Of a DNA stretch of 64,000 bases, positions 12,722-29,163 are shown piece after piece. Under the pieces are notes generated by a model that was not told the origin of the DNA, did no database searches, and saw only the letters and a program-made list of their open reading frames with translations. Each line of letters opens with the position of its first letter. Position 1 is the first letter of the stretch. The stretch covers positions 1-64,000 of the forward strand of contig JABVCE010000042.1 in NCBI GenBank assembly GCA_014905635.1. The letters are read 5' to 3'. The stretch is from Scenedesmus sp. PABB004 (Eukaryota). The translations under genes and the position numbers were made by a program.

Positions 12722-15700
12722 CGCGCTGCCGCCGCCGCCGCCGGCGCCGAGGCGCGACGCCGTGGCGGCGGAGAGCATGTGGGGCGTGAACGTGAACGAC
12801 CCGCTGCTGTGCAGGCCGCCGCCGCCCTCGCTCAGCAGGCCGCGCTTGAGCTGGCTCGCCGCAGGCGCGGCGGGCGCGGCGGCGCCGCTGCCGGCGGCGG
12901 CCAGCTGCTCCGGCAGCAGGCCCGGCAGCGCGTCGAGGCAGAGGCTGGCGCTGCGCGCGCCGCCGCCGGGGCCGGTGCGGCCGGGCGCGGCGCCGCCGCC
13001 GGCGGCGCACGCGCCCGGCGGGCCCAGCTCGGTGAGCCGGCGGCCCGCGAGGCTCGACACGTGCGCGGGGCTGAGCAGCGCGGCCATCGCCGACCAGTCG
13101 CAGCCCCACGCCGGCCCGCTTGCGCCGCCAAAGCCGCCCGCGTGCGCCGACAGGCCGGCGTCGAGCGGCGAGCGCAGCCCCGCGGCGGGGCTCTCAGGCA
13201 TGACCTCAGTCGTGATCAGCTGCTCGCCCGGGGCACCCTCGCCGCCCGCCGCGGAGGCGCGCGCCGACGGCAGCGGCGCGCTCACGCCAAAGTCGCACTC
13301 GCCGAGCTCGAGCTGCAGCTGCTTGCTGTGCTTCTGCCGGAACACCTCCGCCGGCGGCAGCACCTGCGCCTGCGCGTGCACGTGCGCCGCCTGCTGCGCC
13401 AGCGCGGCGAGCTGCTGCTGCTGCTGCACGCCGGCGCGCGCGGCGTACGCCGCCGCCGCCGCCGCCTGCTCGTCGTACCCTGGCAGCCCAAAGCTGCCCG
13501 GCAGCGACGGCGACGACAGCCGGCCGCGGCCGGGGCCGGGCCCGCCGCAGCGCTGACCGCCGCCGCCGACGAGCAGCTGGCTGTCGCTGGGCCGGGGGGC
13601 CCGCAGCCCCATGCCCGCCAGCTGCAGCGCGAGCTCGTCGCCCGGCACGCGCAGCGGCGACAGCAGCGCCTGCTGCTGCGCCGCGGCCGCCGCCGCCGCG
13701 AGCAGCGGGCTGCTGCACGGCTCCGGCGCCGCCGCGGCGCCGGAGCCGCCGAGCGCGGCGAGCAGCTCCGGGGTGAGCACGTCCGCCGCCTGCTGGTGCT
13801 GCGGGTGCTGCTGCTGCAGCGGCTCGCCGCCCCATGATGCTGCGGGGCTTGCAAGCTGGTGGTACCCGGGCGGCGCGGCGGCCATGGCGGCCGAGAGCAG
13901 CTCCAGGTCAGCGTGGGAGTAGAAGCCCGCCGCATCGTCAGCAGCAAGGCAGGCGAGGCCCGCACCGCTGTCCGCGCCGCCGCCGTGGCCGCCGTCCTTG
14001 AACAGCTGCTTCTTGGCCGCACGCTCCAGCGCGCGCGCCGCGCCGCCGCGCAGGCTGCGCTCCGACACCGGCACCGCGTCCGCCTGCTGCGCCGCGGCAC
14101 GCGCGCTGGCCTCGCCGCCCGCCTCGCGCCCACCAGTGCCGGGTGCGTCCTGGTCGAGCGCAAAGGGGCTAGCCTGCGGCGCCGCGGCGCGCTGCAGGTC
14201 AAACGCGCTGCCCGACTGCGCGCCGCCCTGGCTGCTGGCGAGGCTGCCACAGCTGCCGCCGCCGCCGGCGCCCTGCAGGGCGGACATGCTGCGCGCGAGC
14301 TGCAGGGTGCCTGCGGCCGCGGCCGCAGCCGCCGCCGCGTCGAGCGGGCCGGGCGAGTGCAGCTGCCCCGACAGCTGCTGCTGCAGCTGCGCCTGCTGGT
14401 GGCTGTGCATCGCCGCAGCGAGCGCAAACATGTGCTGCTGCTGCTGCTGCTGCTGCTGCGCCACGGCGTGCGCCGGGCTCAAGGGCGAGTCCGCCGCTGC
14501 CGCCTGGCTCATGTGGGCCAGCGCCAGCGCGGTGAGGTGCTGCTGCTGCTGCTGCTGCAGCGCCGCCAGGTGCTGCAGCGCCGCCAGGTTGCCAGCGGCG
14601 GCAGCCGCCGCCGCCACGGCCGCGGCGGGCCCTGGGCTGAGCAGCGCGTCCAGGCCGCCCCCGAGCGAGGGGTGCGGCGACTGCTGCAGCATGTGGCTGA
14701 AGCCGCCGCCGAGCGGCGCGGACGCCTGGCGGTGCAGCTGCGCCGCCAGCTGCTGCTGCTGCGCGGGAAAGGGCAGCTGCGCGCCGCTGCTCGCGAGCAG
14801 CGCCGCCGCTGTGGCCGCGGCCTGCTGCTGGCGCTGCTCGTGCATGAGCTGCTGGTGCGCCGTGGCGGCGCCGTTGCACAACGCGGGGTGCGGCGAGGCC
14901 GCGGCGGGCGCAAACGGCGACGCGCCGGGATGCCCCTGCGGCGTCGCGCCGCCCCTGCTCGTGTGCGGCGTGCCGGGCTCGCGTCGCGGCGTGGGCGGCG
15001 CGCCGCCGCCGCCGCTGCTGCCGCCGCCGCTGCTGCCGCCGCCGCCGCCGCTGCTGCGGTCGGCGGCGCCGGCCTCCCCGGCGCCCGGGCCGGCCGCCAG
15101 CAGGTCCAGGTGGGACGCCGAGCCGCGGCCGGGGCTCGCGGCGAGCGCGGCGTCAAACCACTGCAGGTGCACCGCCTTGCCGTGCAGCGCCGAGCCCTGC
15201 AGCTCCGCAAACGCCGCGCACGCGCCGGCGTGCGCGGCAAACTCGACCGACGCGCAGCCGGCGGAGCGGCCCGACTTGTGCGTGAAGACCTGGGGGGGGG
15301 GCGACCAGGGGGGAGGGGGAGGGGTGAGGTGGCGGCGCGCTGCTCCCGCCGCCGTGCGGGCGGTCCCGGCCGGCCGGGCATGCGCACCTTGCAGCCGGTG
15401 ATGGCCCCGAACACGCCGAATGACTCCAGCAGCGACTGCATCGTCACGCCCGGGTGCAGGCGGCGCACCATGAGCACGCGCCGCGCGCGCTCCTCCGGGC
15501 TGCGACCGCGCGCGGCGCGGGCGGGCGGCGCCGCGTTGGCGGGGCGTCAGCGGGGTGGGGCAGAGGCTCCAGGCGGCTCCAGGCCGTGCGGCGCAGCAGG
15601 GCCGCGCGGCGGCCGCGCCCGCCCAACAGTGCGGCGCCGCGCAGCTGCGCATCGTCGCTGTCCCCTTGGGCCAAGCCCCAGCCCGCCCGCCAGCGGCCCC

Positions 15701-16059
15701 GCGGGCCGGCGCTGGCGAGCGCCCGCGTCATGCGCCGCGTCGGGGCGCGCGCCCGCGGCAGTGCGGCGCGCGCGGGCGGCGCAGCGAGGGCGCGCTCGCG
15801 CGATGCCCGCCATTCTTCCGGAGCGCGCGCACGGCCCCCGCCAATCCACGCCCGCGCGCGGAGAGCCGTGCCACGCTGCCCGCCACCCCCACCCGCGCCA
15901 CGGCGGTGCGTGGCGCCCGGGGCGCGCCGGGCGGGCGCCGAGCGCCCGCGTTCTGTGCCACGCGGCTGTCGCGCCCCGCCGCCCGCCCGCCGTGCCGGTC
16001 GACGCAGCCGCGCCTCACCTGCAGGGGCAGCCCGGCTGACCGCCCGTGCTCGGCGCCAT
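12389..16059 (-). CDS. RRM-domain RNA-binding protein with long low-complexity Q/A/G tail; 5' exon structure uncertain
   Basis: RRM: VLMVRRLHPGVTMQSLLESFGVFGAITGCK | VFTHKSGRSAGCASVEFAAHAGACAAFAELQGSALHGKAVHLQW. Candidate first exon ATG 16059 (MAPSTGGQPGCPC) with donor AG|GTGAGG at 16018. Stop at 12389-12391. Confidence 0.75.
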
Positions 16060-16712
16060 GCGGTCAAGGGCCGGCCGTCGCCGTTTGTCGCCGCCGGCCT
16101 CCGCGGCCGCCCGTGCGCTACGCTAGGCGGGTGCGCATGCGGTGACGGCGCCGCTGCGGCCGCTGGCGGCGCGTGCGGGCACGCGGCGGGTGCAACCACC
16201 CCGCGCGGGCGGGCGCGGTGCTCGCGCGCGGCCTCGCTGCTGCCTTCCCGTGGCCCGGTGCGGGGTGTCTCGATCGGCTGCCGCCCGCCCGGCCCGCTCG
16301 GATTGGCTGCGCCGCGTGGGCCGGGCAGCGGGCAGCAGCGCTCGGGGCCCGCGGGTTGGCCAAGCCCCGGCCGCGCGCCTGCCGCGCCGCGCGTGCCTGG
16401 CGCCGCACGGGCGCGCGCAGAGCGGCAGCGCCAGCAAGCTGGCAGGCGCGCCGGGCGCGGCGGCGGCATTCGCAGCTGCAGCGGGCGCGCGGCAGCGTGG
16501 CAGCGCGGGGCGCCGGCCGCCTGCGACGCGCGGCTCGCTCCAACTGCTTAAACCGCGCCCGCCCGCACCAGGCGACCACGCACTGAGTCAGTTCGCCGCG
16601 GGCTCGGCGCCGCGCGCGCGCCGCCGCGGGGGCCGCCGGCGCGGGCCCTCCGCCTCGTCCTCGTCGCTCAGCAGCGGCGCGCCGGCGTCGGCGGCCCCAG
16701 CGCAGGCACGCC
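16050..16712. repeat. Right arm of ~660-bp inverted duplication
   Basis: Reverse complement of 11004-11665. Confidence 0.95.
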
Positions 16713-16719
16713 ACTGCTG

Positions 16720-16724
16720 TTACA
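16720..16724 (-). terminator. TGTAA polyadenylation signal of SDH1
   Basis: Chlorophyte poly(A) signal about 185 nt after the SDH1 stop. Confidence 0.6.
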
Positions 16725-16906
16725 CCGGCGCCGCCGCGGCCGGGAGCACACACACACACACAGAGCGCAGTGAGCAGTGCGCCCAGCCGAGCCGCGCCCT
16801 GCCGCCGCCCGCCCCCCCCCCTCCCCCGATAAGCTGCCGCCGCACGCGGCGGCGGCGCGGCCCGCGCGCTGCGCCCAGCGCGCGCAGCGCGCGCAGCGCG
16901 CCCGCC

Positions 16907-21632
<4,726 letters not shown>

Positions 21633-22009
21633 GACAGCGATCTGCGGCTGTCGACCGCTGCCGAGCGCCGGCCGCCCCTGATCCCGCTGCCGAGCGGCCG
21701 CAAGCCGATCGCCACGGGCCCTGGCGGGCGAGCGGCGCCTCTCGCGGGCACGGGGCGATGCTCGGGACGGGGCACGCGCTGTGGCCGGCCGCCTCGCGGT
21801 GCGCCGGAGAGGGAGCTGACGCCTCAGCGGGCAAAACCAGGCGTCATGTGCCGGCAGGACTCCCGCTAGCTGCGCGAGGCCTGGCGGCCCCTCGCGCGAG
21901 GCCACAGACCCCCCGCTGCGCCTCCCCAGCCGCTCACCCGCCCCAGCCCGCAGCCCGCCACAGCCGGCGCCCGCCTCGGCCATCTCGCGAGCAGCAGCAG
22001 CAGGCCCCG

Positions 22010-22123
22010 ATGCTGGCGGCCCGCGTGCTCACCTATTTTCGCGACTAGAGCGCTGGCCGCGTCCGTCGGCCCATGCGGATCGCACCGCGGCCTGCGCACC
22101 GCCCGCAGCACCGGCGGGGCTAG
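22010..22123 (+). promoter_or_regulatory. Two upstream ORFs ahead of CK2 alpha (22010-22048 MLAARVLTYFRD*; 22073-22123 MRIAPRPAHRPQHRRG*)
   Basis: Both ATG..TAG frames read directly; the second ends 7 nt before the main ATG. Inclusion in the transcript is assumed. Confidence 0.5.
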
Positions 22124-22130
22124 GGCCGTG

Positions 22131-25100
22131 ATGGCGCGCTACTCCAAGGCCGCCCGCAGCCGCGAGGAGGGCACCGCCTCCATCTCCCGCGTCTACGCCG
22201 ACGTCAACGACAAGCGCCCCGCCGAGTACTGGGACTATGAGGCCCTCAACGTGCAGGTGCGGCGCGCAGCGGCGGGCGGCAGAAGGCCGCCGCTGCTGCG
22301 CGTGCCGCCGCCGCCTCCTGCCGCCGCCGCCGAGCCCCGCCCGCCGCCTCCCCGCGCAGTGGGGCGACCAGGACAACTACGAGGTGGTGCGCAAGGTCGG
22401 GCGGGGCAAGTACAGCGAGGTCTTCGAGGTGCGGCGCGCGGCGCTGGCAGCGGCAGCGCACGGCGGCGCGGCGCGCCGGCAGCGGCGCATGGCGCCGCCG
22501 CGCCGCTCGGCCGCGCGGTCTCTGCCAGCCCCCGGCCCCCGCCAGGGCGCTCCGCCCGCGCCAGGGCGCTCCGCCCGCGCCGACGCGCCGCCGCCCGCCA
22601 CCACGCCGCGCGCCGCGCACTCGCGCGCCGCTCTGCCTCGTCCGCCGCCGGCAGGGCGTGTGCGTGAGCAACGCGCAGCGCTGCATCATCAAGATACTCA
22701 AGCCCGTCAAAAAGAAAAAGATCCGGCGTGAGATCAAGATCCTGCAAAACCTCGCCGACGGGCCAAACATCATCCGCCTGCTGGACGTCGTGCGCGACGC
22801 GGACAGCAAGACGCCGAGCCTGGTGTTCGAATACGTCAACAACACGGTGAGAGGCGCGCCGGGGCGGGAGGCGGGACGTGAGGCGGGGCGGCAGCGCGCC
22901 GGCAGCGCGGCGCCGCGCACGGCCGCCCGGCGGCGGCGCGGCGCGCGGCGCGGTGCGGGGCGGGGCGCCTGCACGCGGGCGCACGCGCTGCTGCGGCGCC
23001 CGCAGCGTTGGAGCGCCCCGCCGGGCGCCGGCGCGCGCCGCGCGCCCGCCCGCGCGCTGCCCCGCCGCCGCCTCGTCCTCGTCCCCGCCCCGCCCCGCCC
23101 GCCCGGCTAAACCCCGCCTGCCTGCGCCCGGCGCGCCTAAACCCTGCCGCGCAGGACTTCAAGGTCCTGTACCCCACGCTGAGCGATTACGACATCCGCT
23201 ACTACATGTTCCTGCTGCTGCGCGCGCTGGACTACAGCCACTCGCAGGCGCGGCGCGCGCGGGGGTTTAGGAGGGTCCGGCCCAGGCGGGGTTAAGCGGG
23301 GGTTGGACGGGGGCGCAGGGGGAGCGGGCGTGACAGGGGGCGCAGCAGCAGGGCGCGGGGGGGGGGGGGGGGGGCGGCGCGGCGTTGCCGTCTGCTGCCT
23401 TGGTTGCGGCCGCGCAGGCACGTAGGCGCCCGTTTGCTCGGCGGCCTGGATGGCACCTGTGTGCAGTGCGCGCGGGCGAGCACCCAGGCCGCCGAGCAAA
23501 CGGGCGCGCGCGGGCGACGCCGTCGCCGCCCCGCGCGCGCCGCCCTGTCCTGGCCTCCCTCGCGCTCGCCCCCCGCTCCCCCCGGCCCCCGCGCCGCCCT
23601 CGGACCCTCCCCCGCGCTCCTCCTAAACCGCGCCCGTGCCTGCTCACCCCCCTAAACCCTAAACCCGCGCAGGGCATCATGCACCGCGACGTCAAGCCCC
23701 ACAACGTCATGATCGACCACGAGGCCCGCACGCTGCGCCTCATCGACTGGGGCCTCGCCGAGTTTTACCACGCGGGGCGCGAGTACAACGTGCGCGTCGC
23801 GAGCAGGTGCGGCCGCGGCCGCGCGGCGCGGCGCGTGTGGGTGGGCGGGGCGGCCGCGCTCGCGCCGCGCCGCGCGCGCCGGGGTGCATCCATCACGCCG
23901 TGGGCGTGCTGGCGCCGGCGGCGATGCGCACCCCGGCGCGCGCGGCGCGGCACGGCGCGGCACGGCGCGGGGCTGCCGCCCTCTCTCCGCCTCTCCCCTC
24001 TCCCCCCCTCCCCCCCTCCCCCCCCCCCCTCCCCACATACCCACACCGCCCTCACCCCCCTAAACCCCGCAACCTCCAGGTACTACAAGGGCCCCGAGCT
24101 GCTGGTCGACCTGCAGGACTACGACTACGGCCTGGACCTCTGGTCCCTCGGCTGCATGCTCGCGGGTGCGGCGCGCGCGCTTCCACACGCGTGCTGCACG
24201 CACGACCGCGCGCGCCGGGGCGGCGTGGCTGCTGCGCGCGCTGCGTGCTCAGGGCGGGCCTCGGCGGCGGCCTCGGGTGCCCCGCCTCCCTCCCGCCCTG
24301 CCCTCCCCTTCCCCCTCCCCCGCCGCCGACAACACAACGCCCTCATAACGCCCTCAGCACGCCCCCGTTACGTCCTCGTAACGCCCCCGTAACACCCTCT
24401 TAACGCCGCCTGCCGCGTCCGCGTCCGCGCCGCCGCAGCGCTGCTGTTCCGCAAGGACCCCTTCTTCTGCGGGCACGACAACTACGACCAGCTCGCCAAG
24501 ATCGGCCGCGTGCTCGGCACAGAGCCGCTGTTTGAGTACCTCGCCAAGTACGGCCTCGAGCTCGACCCGCAGGTGCGGGCGGGTGGGTGGGTGGGTGGGT
24601 GGGTGGGTGGGTGGGTGGGTGGGTGGGTGTGCGCGTGTGCGCGTGTGTGTGTGTGTGTGGGGGGGGGGGGGGGTGAGCACCGCGGCATGGGACGGCGGCG
24701 CGGTCTGACGGCGGCGCGGCGCGGCGGCGCGCTGCCGGGCCGCGCGGCGGCGTCAGCCGGCGCGCGCCGGCGCCAAAAGCGTGTCGCCGTGAGTGGGGTT
24801 CACGCGCGCGGCCCCTCGTGTGCGGCGAGCCCCACTCATGGCGACGTGCTTTGGCGCCGGACCACGCCGCTCGCAGCCGCGCCGCGCCCCCGCGAGCAGC
24901 AGCCCCTGCCGTCGCCGCGCGCCCGCCCGCGGCTGACGCCCGCCGCCGCGCCTGCCCCGCGCCGCCGCACCTGCCGCCGCGCCGCGCAGCTGGAGGCGCA
25001 GATCGGGCACCACAGCCGCAAGGCCTGGTCCAAGTTTGTCACGCCCGACAACGCGCACCTGGTCAGCCCCGAGGCGCTGGACTTCCTCGACGGCCTGCTG

Positions 25101-25368
25101 CGCTACGACCACGCGGTGCGCCGGGAGGAGGGGGGAGGAGGGAGGAGGGAGAGAGGAGGCGGGCTGGGGAGCCGGGCGGGGCCGCGGCTGCGGCGCCCGC
25201 GCGGGCGCGGGCCCACGCGCGTCGCCGCGCCGCCGCGTCGCGCAGGAGCGGCTCACGTGCCGCGAGGCGATGGCGCACGCCTACTTTGCCCCCGTGCGCG
25301 AGCGCGAGGGCTGGGGCGTGGACGGCGAGCCCGTGGCCGCGGCGGCGGCCGGCGGCGCCGCGAGCTGA
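22131..25368 (+). CDS. CK2A: Casein kinase II catalytic alpha subunit; multi-exon
   Basis: [107 protein letters not shown]. Confidence 0.98.
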
Positions 25369-25915
25369 GGCGGCGCGCGGCGCGGCGCGCCGGCAGCAGC
25401 TGCTGCCGGCGGCGGCGGCGGCGCGCGGCGGGGCGGGGCGGGGCGCGGCGGCGCGTTTTGGGGGAGGGGAAGCGGGAGGGAGCGCGCCGGCGTTGGCGCG
25501 GGCGCGGCGGCCGGCGCAGCGGCGCCGGCGGCCGGGCGGCGCGCGTCGCGCCGCCTCCCTGGGCGCGGCGTGCTGCGCGGCAGCAGGCTGTGCATGGCTA
25601 GGCAGCAGGCTGTGCATGCGAGCTCGCAGGGTTGCGGCGGCGCGGTGCGGCGTGCTGTGCGCGCCGCGGGCGGGCCCGGGCGCGCGGCTGTACAGTAAAC
25701 GCACTCGCGGTTGAACAGCTGCCATATCGCGGGGCGGCGCGGGCTGATGAGCCTGCGCGGCGGCAGGCGGCGAGCGCCCCTCGCTCACGCGATCAGCCGC
25801 CGCTCGCGCCCCGCCAGCTTGCTCAGCTGGCACATCCCGCCCTCCCCTGGCAGGCCGCAGCCGTGTCTCAGGCTCGCGGGCGCCGCGCTCAGGTCGTTCA
25901 CGGCGCGCGGCGCGC

Positions 25916-26510
25916 TCAGAGGCCGGCCGCCTTCTTGAGCGTGCTGACCGCCTGCCCCGCGGCCTTGGTCACCTGGCGCTGCTGCACGCCCACCGCGCGG
26001 GCCTGGTGCTGCACGGCCGAGACGGCGGCGCCGAGCGTGCGCTGCACCGCGGTGAGCTTGGCGTTGCCCGCCGCGCCCAGCGCCTTGCCCAGGCCGCCGG
26101 CGTTGCCGTTCAGCGCAGCGGCCACGACCTTCGCGTCGGCCTTGGTGACGCGCTGCGCCTGCTTGGCGGCCGTGTTCGCGACGTCGGCGATGCCGTTGGC
26201 AGAGGAGGACAGGAGCTTGAGCGGGGCGGCCTTGGCCGTGCCCAGGGCCTTGCCGGCGGCCTGCGCCACGTCGCCAGCGTCGGCGCCCAGCAGCCGGCGG
26301 CGGCGCACGGAGCCCTCCTGCGGCGCGGCGCCTGCATGAGCGGGCGGCGCGGGAGGTGTGTGAGGGGCTGCGAGCTGGGGCGAGCTGGTGGGGCGAGGCC
26401 GTGGCCGCAGCGGGCCGGCGCGGCCGCTCCCGCCCGCGGCCGGCGCAGCCCGCACTTGCGAGGGTGAGCAGGGCCAGGAGCGCGAACGCGATGAGAGTAG
26501 CGCGAGCCAT
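25916..26510 (-). CDS. Small secreted Ala/Lys-rich amphipathic protein with RRRRLL processing motif; one intron
   Basis: MARATLIAFALLALLTLAS signal peptide, intron ~26455-26334, then APQEGSVRRRRLLGADAGDVAQAAGKALG..VSTLKKAAGL*. Confidence 0.75.
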
Positions 26511-27165
26511 TGTCGCTGACGCGGGTGGCGGGAGGAGCCGGGGCGCGTGTGAGAAGGTGGCGGGCGCTTGCAGGCGGCCGCGCTGTGGAGTGGAGTGGGC
26601 CGCTGCTGGCGAGGTGGCGAGGTGCTGTGGCGAGGGCTTGACGGCTGGGGCAGCTGGGAGGGCCTTAAGAAGGCCGGGCGGGCGGCTGGGGCGTGACAGC
26701 TGCTGCGACAGCTGCCGCTCACGGCGCGCCGCCTCCCGGCACGCAGCTGCCAGTGTGCCAGCACGAACATGCAAATGCCGGTGTCGCATGAGATGTGGGG
26801 CGGCTGCTGAGCTGGCGGCGCTGGGAGAGCACCGGCGAGGCGTGCCAGGCTGACCGCGGCGGCCTGGGGGCCGCGGAGGCCCTTGCGGCAGCGAGAGCAG
26901 CATAAGATGGAGCAGCAGCCTCCCACACCTTGCCAGGCAGCTCCCCGCCAACCCACAGGCGCTCTTCGCGGGTCGCGAGGCGGTTCTGCGCCGCTGCCGT
27001 CGCGTGCGCCGCCTTGCGTCGCTCGCGGCCTGCCACCCGCAACGCCCGGCCACCGCCAGCCCACTCGCTCGCAGCGTCACCCCGCCGTGGCAGGCAGCGC
27101 GCCCGCGCGGCCGCGTGCGGGCGCGTTCAAACGAGTCGCGCCGCTGCTGCGCGCCGCCGCGCCGC

Positions 27166-28793
27166 ATGGCGACGCCCAACGCCTTTGACGTGCTGCGAGA
27201 AAGCCAGAGCCAGCAGCGCTCCAGCCAGGGAAAGAAGCGCAAGTCGGGCAGCGCGGGCAGCGGCGACCAGGCGCGCCGCGAGCGGCGCTGCTGCCCGCCG
27301 CGCCGCGCCGCGCCCCGCCGCCGCGCCCTCACGCCCTCACGCCCTCACGCCCTCACGCCGTCGCAGGGCAAGTACACGCGCTGCCCGGTGTGTGGCACCA
27401 GCTTCCCGAACGCCTTCCTAGCGCTGCACGTCCCGGACTGCATCGACGCCGCCGCCCGGCGCGCCAGCCCGCCCGCGGCGCCCACGAGCGACGGCGGCGC
27501 CGCGCCGCCGGCGCCGCCGCCGCCCAAGCAGCAGCAGCAGGGGCAGCAGCAGCAGGGGAAGCCGCAGCAGCAGCAGCAGCAGGAGCAGGGGCGCAACGCG
27601 TTTGACGTGCTCGCGTCGGCGGCGGCGGGGCAGGTGCCGCTGGCCGCTACTCTCTTCCTGGAGGCCGCCAGCGACGGCAGCTGGGCGTGCCACTGGTGGT
27701 CCGACGGTGTGTGCGGCGCGTGGGCGCACGGCACGCACGCGCGCGCGCGCCGGGCGGCCCGCGCCAGCCCACGCGCCGCCGCCGCGCCGCAGGGAGCGCC
27801 GCGCCCAAGGCTGGGCTGGTCGAGGCGTGGAGCGCGAGCGTCAACGTGAACCTCGCCGGCAAGGGCGCCAAGCACAGCGACGGCCCGCCGCTCGGCGGCT
27901 CGCCCAAGCTGCGCCTGCGCCTGGCCACCAACCTGCCGCCCGGCGCCGGCACGGCGCTGGACTGGGCCAACCCGCTGCTGCCCAGCAACGCGGCGCCGCG
28001 GCGGCCGGGCGCGCCGCCGCCGCCGGCGCCGCCGCAGCAGCCGCCAGCGGCGGCGGCGCAGCAGCATCCCGAGGCGCCGCGCTGGCGCGGCGGCGTGTCC
28101 GTCCCGATCAGCGCGCTGCAGAAGTGCGTCCGGCGCGGCCTCGCCGACGCGGCGACGCAGTGAGCGGGGCCGCGGGCTGGCGCCGCGGCGCGCGCTCCCT
28201 CGCGCCGCGCTCCCTCGCGCCGCGCTCCCTCGCGCCCGCCCGCCGCGGCCGACCTCGCCGCGCCGCCCGCGCCGTCGCCGCGCGCCGCGTGCCGCCCCCC
28301 GCCTCCCTCCCCTCCCGTGCCTCCCGCGCGCGGCCCAGCATCGCGCTGTCGCTGCTCAAGGGCGACGCGGCCGCGGTGGACCAGCTGCTGCGCCGCCTCT
28401 CCATCATCTGCATGGAGGATGGCCTGCTGCACCCCCAGATGCCCCTCGTGGTCTGGGCCATGGCCGCGCACGTGCGCGGCGCCGCGCCGCCGCAGCCCCA
28501 GCCGCGCGGCCGAGGGTGACGCGCCTGCGCTCTGAGACCCACTGACGCCGCCGCCGCCGCCGCCGCCGCGGCGCGCAGGGCAAGGGCTACGCCGTCGGCG
28601 GCGCCCTCGGCAACGCGCTGCTGGGCATCGTGCACCAGATGGCGGCGGTGCCGCAGCGCGACTTCCTGCCGCCCACCGTCAGCGAGGCCACGCCCGCGGC
28701 GGGTGCGCGCGCGCCGCGCGCCGCCGTGCGTGCAGCGGGCGCACCGCGCCCCGTCACGCCGCCGAGCCGCCGCGCCGCTGCTCCCCCCTTCCC

Positions 28794-28852
<59 letters not shown>

Positions 28853-29115
28853 GCAGTGGTCTACCGCGCGCCGCGGACGTGGCAGGCGGTCGACGCGCTG
28901 CTGCCGCCGGGGGGTGCCGAGGCGGCGCTCGTGCGCGCGGTGCTCGTGCGCGCCGCGTACGGCGGCACCGCCCACGACGTGGCGATGATGCGGAGCTACG
29001 CGGGGCTCTGGCTCGCGCGCTTCGCCGGCACCTGCGCGCCGCCGCCACCGCCGCCGGTGCCGCTGCCTGGCGTGGCGGGCGCGCCAGCGGCGGCGGCAGC
29101 GGCGACGGACGCCCC

Positions 29116-29163
<48 letters not shown>

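Noticed and set aside
11004..16712. DNA transposon with long terminal inverted repeats
   Set aside because: The arms consist of host coding and intergenic sequence, the interior encodes an RRM protein rather than a transposase, and I saw no target-site duplication.
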